A DNA stretch of 64,000 nt, from positions 6,199 through 70,198 of the forward strand of contig CAYOLL010000005.1 in NCBI GenBank assembly GCA_964404765.1, written 5' to 3'. Of the stretch, positions 57,532-64,000 are shown piece by piece (within the stretch, counting starts at the first letter, position 1; every line of letters begins with the position of its first letter). The notes beneath the pieces are model-generated. The model saw only the letters and a program-made list of their open reading frames with translations. It did not search any database and had not been told where the DNA came from. The stretch comes from an uncultured Gemmatimonadota bacterium (GTDB lineage Bacteria > 4572-55). The translations under genes were made by a program, and so were the position numbers.

Positions 57532-58500
57532 TTGAGCATCTTTATGTCCAAACCGACCGTCAATTTATCGGAGTTGCTCTTTGCCTTTCAAGATCATTCC
57601 GGGATGATGCGGCATTATCTGGAGCGCGAAACGGGCCGCGCCATTGATTTGCCGGCAGATCTCGGGTATTCGGACGATCCCGAAGCCGACGAGATCGAGA
57701 ACGACGACGGGTCGCGCTTCATTGGCATCCCGTCGGAGAGTTCCCGCGTCGGCTATCAGGATATGGCCGATTATATCGAGACCGTCACCGACCCGCGTGA
57801 GAAAAGCCGTCTGGCCGCAGCAATTAAAAGCAAGCATCCGTTTCGCGCCTTTCACGAGGCTATTGGCGATCCCATGACCAAGGCGCTGTGGTATCGTTTC
57901 CGCGACGAGCGAACCGGCCGGCGCGTCATGGAATGGCTGCAAGCGGAGCAGATTGATGTAGAGCTGGAAATCCCGCCGGAAAAGCTGTTGTTTACCGGCC
58001 CGCCGGCCCGCCCGCGCTTGATTGAATTGGCGTTGACATTTGCGCAGGCCGCCCGCAAGCTGCCCGGCGTTCAGCGCATCGCCCTGATCGGTTCGATCAC
58101 GACGGACAAGCCGGAGCCGAAAGATTTGGATTTATTGGCCACGATTGCCGACGATTTGGATTTGACCGAATTGGCCACGCTGAGCCGGCGCATGAGCGGA
58201 CAGGCGGGACAATTCAGCCGCAGCGCCGAAACCTTTCTGGCCGATCCGCGCGGTCGCTATATCGGCCGGATTTGCAAATGGAAACGCTGCGAGCCCGGCG
58301 CGCGCATGGCATGCGAGGCGCAGCATTGCGCCCGGCGGCATTATCTGAACGATGATCTTCAGAGCGTCAAGCTACCGGATGCGCAGATCGCTGCGCCGCC
58401 AATTGAGCTGTGGCCAAAGGTCGTTCGTCGCATAAATGTGCCGCAAGATGTGGAAGAAGGGCTGTTAAAGCCATTTGAAAGCGAACGCCTTTCAGGTTAA
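57532..58500 (+). CDS. Uncharacterised protein with a central minimal nucleotidyltransferase (Pol-beta fold) motif and C-terminal Cys cluster
   Basis: IALIGSITTDKPEPKDLDLLATI matches the hG[GS]-x(9-13)-Dh[DE]h core. The Cys cluster is CKWKRCEPGARMACEAQHCARRH. The N-terminal ~170 aa are unassigned. The sequence is GC-rich. Confidence 0.5.
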   Translation: MSIFMSKPTVNLSELLFAFQDHSGMMRHYLERETGRAIDLPADLGYSDDPEADEIENDDGSRFIGIPSESSRVGYQDMADYIETVTDPREKSRLAAAIKSKHPFRAFHEAIGDPMTKALWYRFRDERTGRRVMEWLQAEQIDVELEIPPEKLLFTGPPARPRLIELALTFAQAARKLPGVQRIALIGSITTDKPEPKDLDLLATIADDLDLTELATLSRRMSGQAGQFSRSAETFLADPRGRYIGRICKWKRCEPGARMACEAQHCARRHYLNDDLQSVKLPDAQIAAPPIELWPKVVRRINVPQDVEEGLLKPFESERLSG

Positions 58501-58557
58501 GTTCACGTTCAAGCTTGCACTTTTTAACAATTTCAATAAACCATTAACGCAATTACT

Positions 58558-60333
58558 ATGACCTTCAATTTTCGCATTCAAACCAAACTGTTCCTGCTCA
58601 TGGTCGGGCTGACCGCGCTGATTCTGTCTGGCGTACTGTTTGTTATAAACCACACCGTGCAGAAAACCGTGCAGGAAAAAGTCATTGCCGACTTCAAGCG
58701 GGTGCAAATCTTCTTTCAGCGGCAGCAGACGCTGATTTATGACCGCCTGATCGAGTCGTCGCTGCTGATTCAGCAAAACTCGGCCTTTAAAGCCAACATC
58801 GAGCTGAACAATCCGGCAACATATTATGTGGAAGGCGCGCAGCAAAAGCCCAGCGCCACGCCGAAAAAGGGCCTGCAAGACCCGGCTTCGGTCTACTTTA
58901 GCGTCGAAGAGTTCGCCCAATATTTGATTGTGGATATGTTCATTGTAACCAACAAAGAGGGCAAAGTGCTGGCCCGCTACGGCGAACCGGACAAATTTGG
59001 CGATGATTTGTCCTTCCGGCCCTCGGTGACTCGCGCGTTAAAAGGCGGTTCATCTCAGGAGGACGTCGCGAAAGACGGCCTGATCTGGCCTCGTTTATGG
59101 GAAAATGACGGCAAACTTTATCAAGTTGCAACCGAAGCAATCTGGCTGACCGATGTGATCGGCACGATCACCCTGGGCCTGGAAATTTCCGACCAGACCA
59201 CTAAAGAGCTGGTCAGAGCCGATTCTAATATCAGCATCGTTTTTTTCCATGACCGCAAACCGGTGGCAAGCAATCTGGAAAATGTATCGCCCATCGATCT
59301 CAACAATTTTGTCGATACCTGTCAGGATAAGATCGAAGTCATGCTGGCCGAGCGCAAACCGACCGAGCCGTTTATCACCGATTTTCGCGGCCAAAAAGTG
59401 TTCGCCTTTCTCAGCCCGGCCGGCGTGGGCGAACCGGCCTATTATCTGGCCATAATTCCGCTGTCAACCGAGTTGCAAATATTAGATACGCTGCGTCGAA
59501 ATATTGCGCTGACTGCCGCTGTCAGCCTTTTAATTACCGTGTTGCTGGCTATTTTCCTGGGCAACACTTTTTCGCAGCCGGTTTTGCGTCTGGCGGAAGG
59601 CATGGTCAAAGTCAAAGAAGGCAATCTGGATATTTCCGTGCAGGCAACCACGCGTGACGAAATCGGTCAACTGACCGTGTCGTTTAACGAAATGATTGTC
59701 GGCCTGCGCGAGCGCTTGAATCTCATGAAATATGTCGGCAGTCATACCCAAGAAATGATCAAACAATCGTCCGGCTCCGAAGTGCAGTTGGGCGGCGAGC
59801 GGAAAGATGTTTGTGTGCTGTTTTCCGATATCCGCGGCTTTACCGCCTACAGCGAAAAACGGACACCCGAACAAGTCATCAACATGCTCAATCATTATCT
59901 GGGTTTTCAAGCCGAAATTGTCAACCAATATAACGGCTCGATTGACAAATTTGTCGGCGATGAGATGATGGCGCTATTTGTCGGGGGCGATGCCATTGAG
60001 CGCGCTTTGCAATGCTCCGTTGATATTCAATTACGGGTGCTGAAAGAGCACGAAACCGATCCCGTCCCGATCTACATCGGTATCGGCGTCAACTATGGGC
60101 CGGTGGTTATGGGCAATATGGGGGCGCAGCATCGTATGGACTACACTGTGCTCGGCGCTGCGGTCAATCTGGGGGCGCGGCTATGCTCCGGGGCCAAGGC
60201 CGGACAAATCCTGATCCGCCGGGAACTATTAAAAGGGTTAGAAACTAAATTCAAGATCGGCTCGTCGGAAACGATGAAGTTTAAGGGCTTTTCCGAAGCC
60301 AAGGAAATCGTGGATGTGGAAAGCGTGTCGTGA
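58558..60333 (+). CDS. Membrane-bound class III adenylate/guanylate cyclase with periplasmic (Cache-like) sensor and HAMP domain
   Basis: A TM helix precedes a ~270-aa periplasmic region and a second TM helix. A HAMP domain (EGMVKVKEGNLD...DEIGQLTVSFNEMI) is followed by the cyclase core FSDIRGFTAYSEK ... FVGDEMMALF. Confidence 0.75.
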   Translation: MTFNFRIQTKLFLLMVGLTALILSGVLFVINHTVQKTVQEKVIADFKRVQIFFQRQQTLIYDRLIESSLLIQQNSAFKANIELNNPATYYVEGAQQKPSATPKKGLQDPASVYFSVEEFAQYLIVDMFIVTNKEGKVLARYGEPDKFGDDLSFRPSVTRALKGGSSQEDVAKDGLIWPRLWENDGKLYQVATEAIWLTDVIGTITLGLEISDQTTKELVRADSNISIVFFHDRKPVASNLENVSPIDLNNFVDTCQDKIEVMLAERKPTEPFITDFRGQKVFAFLSPAGVGEPAYYLAIIPLSTELQILDTLRRNIALTAAVSLLITVLLAIFLGNTFSQPVLRLAEGMVKVKEGNLDISVQATTRDEIGQLTVSFNEMIVGLRERLNLMKYVGSHTQEMIKQSSGSEVQLGGERKDVCVLFSDIRGFTAYSEKRTPEQVINMLNHYLGFQAEIVNQYNGSIDKFVGDEMMALFVGGDAIERALQCSVDIQLRVLKEHETDPVPIYIGIGVNYGPVVMGNMGAQHRMDYTVLGAAVNLGARLCSGAKAGQILIRRELLKGLETKFKIGSSETMKFKGFSEAKEIVDVESVS

Positions 60334-60340
60334 ACTCAGA

Positions 60341-60412
60341 GATGCCATCTTTTAAAACAGCAAGCACTTGTAACAAGCACGATCACGCAATAAAGAGGGC
60401 ATCTCTATACGT
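60341..60412 (+). terminator. Terminator-like hairpin with nested stem
   Basis: AGAGATGCCATC ... GGGCATCTCT has an inner CTTGTAACAAG palindrome and is followed by an AT-rich tract. It shares the 13-mer GATGCCATCTTTT with the palindrome at 24258..24346. Confidence 0.35.
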
Positions 60413-60427
60413 TTAAATTTAAAGGGG

Positions 60428-61045
60428 ATGGCCATGTTTCAACCTCACAGTCTACCCATTATGTTTCATTTGTTACGCGGGCAGCCGGAAAAATCCTTGA
60501 CGCATGACGACTTTTTTGACTTGTGCCAGCGTTATCGCGACTGGCGCATTGAGCGAACAAAGGAAGGCGAGGTCATCTTTATGGCTCCGGCGGGCGGCGG
60601 ATCGGGTCACAGCAATGCAAAATTAACGGCAAGGGTTGATACCTGGGCGGAAAAAAACGGCAGCGGCGTGGTCTTCGATTCTTCGACCGGCTTCATCCTG
60701 CCAAACGGCGCGACGCGTTCGCCCGATGTGGCCTGGCTGCGGCGTGATCGTCTGGCGCAACTAACGCCGGAGCAAAAGCGCAAGTTTCTGCCGCTGTGCC
60801 CGGATTTTCTGATTGAGTTACGCTCGCCGACCGATGCGCTCAACGATTTGCAGGACAAGATGCAAGAATATGCGGACAACGGCGCGCAGCTTGGCTGGTT
60901 GATCGATCCCGATTATCGGCGGGTTTATGTCTATCGTCCCAACCAACCGGTCGAAGTGTTGGAAAATATCGACCAAATTTCCGACGAACCGGTTTTGCCC
61001 GGTTTTATGCTGGATTTGACGGTGATTTGGCAGCTGGATTTTTGA
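60428..61045 (+). CDS. Uma2 family (DUF820) PD-(D/E)xK endonuclease
   Basis: It carries the PDFLIELRSPTD core and the characteristic C-terminal LIDPDYRRVYVYR. Confidence 0.7.
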   Translation: MAMFQPHSLPIMFHLLRGQPEKSLTHDDFFDLCQRYRDWRIERTKEGEVIFMAPAGGGSGHSNAKLTARVDTWAEKNGSGVVFDSSTGFILPNGATRSPDVAWLRRDRLAQLTPEQKRKFLPLCPDFLIELRSPTDALNDLQDKMQEYADNGAQLGWLIDPDYRRVYVYRPNQPVEVLENIDQISDEPVLPGFMLDLTVIWQLDF

Positions 61046-61093
61046 AAAACGATTCTGCCGGAAATGCACACGAACCCGAACAAAGGAGTCTTT

Positions 61094-61387
61094 ATGCGAA
61101 TGCTAAGAACGATCCTATGGCTGATGATCGGATTAGGCTCGGTCAATATCGCTTCCGCCGACTTTTTACGGATCAATAATGTGCGGCGCGCCATGTGGGA
61201 TTGGCAGCCGGGAACGATTGAGCAAGCCGCATTTGACATCAAGCCCGAAGGTTTGTTTGCTCAATGCGATCTCAATATTGTCGTATCGGCACAGGGCACC
61301 AGCTATACGGCAACGGACACTTTAGAAGCGCAATTGCAATTCTCCTTGCCGGACCCTGGCAGCGCAGCGCCCGACTTGTGTATTTGA
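61094..61387 (+). CDS. Small secreted hypothetical protein
   Basis: It has a signal peptide (MRMLRTILWLMIGLGSVNIASA). No family was recognised. The start could be the upstream ATG at 61064. Confidence 0.35.
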   Translation: MRMLRTILWLMIGLGSVNIASADFLRINNVRRAMWDWQPGTIEQAAFDIKPEGLFAQCDLNIVVSAQGTSYTATDTLEAQLQFSLPDPGSAAPDLCI

Positions 61388-61440
61388 AACAACCAGCGGA
61401 GTATAAAGATGTTTTCCCGCCTTTTGGGGCAAGATTGACA

Positions 61441-61630
61441 ATTTCATAGCGCGGTAAACCGCAATTTTTAACCGCTGAGTTACGCAAAGGAAAACTCAGC
61501 GAAACTCTGCGATAAACTTGCGAACTTTGCGGTAAAAATTCTCGTGGCGTAATTTCATAAAGGAAAACTCAGTGCAACTCTGCGATAAATTTTGCGAAAC
61601 TTTGCGGTAAAGATTCTCGCGGGCAACGCA
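61441..61630 (+). repeat. Two tandem ~75-110-bp direct repeats upstream of the ABC ATPase gene
   Basis: Unit 1 (61486..61544) and unit 2 (61559..61619) read AAAGGAAAACTCAG(C/T)G(A/C)AACTCTGCGATAAA(C/T)TTTGCGAACTTTGCGGTAAA(A/G)ATTCTCG. The motif TTTGCGGTAAA occurs three times. Confidence 0.7.
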
Positions 61631-61696
61631 AATGTTGGGATGTAATTTTATAGTCGTTACGGATAAAACCATTCGATTTGCAAGAAGGTAATCACT

Positions 61697-62467
<771 letters not shown>

Positions 62468-62487
62468 TCTGAAAAAGGAATGATAGA

Positions 62488-63531
62488 ATGCGTCTGTATA
62501 AATTTTGGGTGGCGATTGTCATTTTGATACTAAATCCGGGCTGCCAATCACGCCAAAACAGTCAGCCCGTTACGGAATCGAAAGTACTGACCGAAGCGCC
62601 GGTTTCGGTAACTGCTGTCAAAAAGGAATTGCTGACAGCCAATCTGACTTTTGTCGGCACTATCGACGCTAACAATGTCGTAGATGTGGCTGCGGAAACC
62701 GGCGGGCGGGTGGAAGTCGTTTTAGCCAAAGTGGGGCAAGTCGTTTCCGCCGGACAAACGTTAGTGCAAGTGGATGATGAATTAGCGCAATCGCAATTGC
62801 AAGGCGCGGAAGTCAATTTCAATGTTGCGAAGCGAGAGTTGGAGCGCAGTGAGCGGCTATTTCAGGAAGGCTCAATTTCGGCTGCGCAGTTAGATGAAAA
62901 GCGAATGCTGCTAAAACAGGCGGAAGTGGCACAAACCAATGCCCGCCGCACCGTCAACAACACCCGGATCACCTCGCCAATCGGCGGCACAGTCGATAAT
63001 CGGCCGGTTAATATCGGCACAATGGTTCAACCGGGGATGCCCGTCGCCACGATTGTGGATATCGCCACGCTCAAAGTGCGCATCCGTGTTTCCGAGCGCG
63101 AAGCCTTCCGCCTAAAAACCGGCGATAAAGTGCAAATTACCACAGATGTCTACCCCGGCGTAAGCTTTGACGGTCGGGTGGATAACATTGCCGCCAAAGC
63201 CGACGAAGCCCACACCTACCGCGTCGAAATCGTAATGCCAAACAGCGCTGCAAATCCACTTAAGGCCGGCATGTTTGCCCGCGTGACCCTGGATGCCAGC
63301 TCATCCGTGCCGGTGTTGACCATTCCACGCGCGGCGTTGGTCGGCAGCATCAAAGAGCCGGAGATTTACGTCGTCATTAACAATAAAGCGTTGCTTAAAC
63401 CCATAGTCATTGGCGATGAATCCGGCGACAAACTCGCCGTGCGCGACGGCCTGACCGAAGGTGATATCATCGTCACCAGCGGCCAAAATAATCTTAGCAA
63501 CAATGCGCCGGTTAAAATTATTGGGCAATAA
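62488..63531 (+). CDS. Periplasmic adaptor (membrane fusion protein, HlyD/AcrA family)
   Basis: It has a lipoprotein-like N-terminus (LILNPGCQS), a biotinyl/lipoyl-like hairpin, a coiled coil and a beta-barrel region. Confidence 0.7.
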   Translation: MRLYKFWVAIVILILNPGCQSRQNSQPVTESKVLTEAPVSVTAVKKELLTANLTFVGTIDANNVVDVAAETGGRVEVVLAKVGQVVSAGQTLVQVDDELAQSQLQGAEVNFNVAKRELERSERLFQEGSISAAQLDEKRMLLKQAEVAQTNARRTVNNTRITSPIGGTVDNRPVNIGTMVQPGMPVATIVDIATLKVRIRVSEREAFRLKTGDKVQITTDVYPGVSFDGRVDNIAAKADEAHTYRVEIVMPNSAANPLKAGMFARVTLDASSSVPVLTIPRAALVGSIKEPEIYVVINNKALLKPIVIGDESGDKLAVRDGLTEGDIIVTSGQNNLSNNAPVKIIGQ

Positions 63532-63560
63532 GACCACATCGGCGTGAAATTAAAGCATCT

Positions 63561-63661
63561 CCAAACGACAAATTTTCCATTGATGATCGCTGTCATTCCG
63601 TGAGAGTTTTTCCCCAAATGGCGTCACTGCGGGATTTGAACAAGATTCTTTCAGAAAGACA
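63561..63661. repeat. Interspersed repeat family D copy
   Basis: It shares CCAAACGACAAATT ... TGTCATTC ... AAGATTCTTTCAGAAAGACA with 31055..31149. Confidence 0.5.
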
Positions 63662-63697
63662 ATATGGCAAATTTGTTGCCTGGTTGGAAGTAGCCGC

Positions 63698-64000
63698 TCA
63701 ATCCAGCAGCCGGATGAGTTCCTGGAAGCTGCGAACTTCGTAAGCTGGCTTTATCGTCGTGGGATTGGCGATGGCCGCCGGGTTATACCAGCAGGTGGAG
63801 ATGCCGTAGTTGAGACCGCCCTGAATATCTGAAGACAGACTATCGCCGACCATGAGCGTCGTTGTTTTGTCGGTGTGGTTTACCGCGCGAAAGGCATGGT
63901 CAAAAATTTCCGGCTGGGGCTTGGCGCAGCCCACTTCGTCGGAAATGATAATGGCATCAAAGTAGGGTTGAAGCGGAGACAGGCGCAGCCGGGAGCGTTG
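63698..64000 (-). CDS. HAD-superfamily hydrolase, 5'-truncated by the window edge (C-terminal part present)
   Basis: The HAD motif III/IV region is TLMVGDSLSSDIQGGLNYGI. The frame stays open to the window end. Confidence 0.5.
   Translation of the reverse strand, partial: QRSRLRLSPLQPYFDAIIISDEVGCAKPQPEIFDHAFRAVNHTDKTTTLMVGDSLSSDIQGGLNYGISTCWYNPAAIANPTTIKPAYEVRSFQELIRLLD

Overview
This 64 kb window is chromosomal DNA of roughly 50% GC from a bacterium with a type IX secretion system (T9SS). Genes are dense on both strands and Shine-Dalgarno sites are used. There is no sign of a prophage, CRISPR array or restriction-modification island, and no intact mobile element.

Taxonomic placement: the T9SS sorting tails, PorV/PorQ-like barrels, a GWxTD protein, an Uma2 endonuclease and a YpdA-family reductase together suggest an uncultivated lineage of the Fibrobacteres-Chlorobi-Bacteroidetes group, but this placement is an inference only.

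Content that can be read directly from the sequence:
- Four large secreted proteins end in the conserved T9SS C-terminal sorting domain. They are a 5'-truncated protein at 1..2016, a 1151-aa repeat-containing adhesin-like protein, a protein with two PLD/HKD motifs, and a 1293-aa HExxH metalloprotease with PKD and LamG domains. Two paralogous PorV/PorQ-type outer-membrane barrels lie at 2096 and 56270.
- A conserved translation cluster runs tRNA-Val(GAC)-thrS-infC-rpmI-rplT-pheS on the minus strand.
- Molybdenum-cofactor genes moeA and moaA are adjacent.
- An envelope-glycan block contains wecB, a GT2 transferase, a membrane-anchored methyltransferase and an ArnT-like GT-C transferase.
- A DNA-repair pair comprises ada and xth; meaB lies next to them.
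- An ECF sigma/anti-sigma pair and an Rrf2 regulator are present.
- Other single genes include acpS, a YpdA-family flavoprotein, a CofD/YvcK-family protein, a ClpX/HslU-like AAA+ ATPase without a zinc finger, an Uma2 endonuclease, and a LivG-like ATPase next to a membrane-fusion protein.

The most interesting content is a second-messenger signalling theme. Two STAS anti-anti-sigma-like proteins sit beside a GAF-GGDEF(I-site)-GAF-PP2C fusion and a cNMP-binding histidine kinase. Elsewhere there is a metallo-beta-lactamase (MBL)-fold protein, possibly a phosphodiesterase, carrying two cNMP-binding domains, and a Cache/HAMP class III adenylate cyclase.

Separately, the intergenic space is seeded with at least two families of short hairpin-bearing MITE-like repeats. 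These explain several false N-terminal ORF extensions. There is also a 34-bp x 3.4 tandem palindromic array, a pair of ~75-bp direct repeats upstream of the ABC ATPase, a frameshifted integrase-like remnant next to a ~90-bp compound palindrome, and a protein with a minimal nucleotidyltransferase core.
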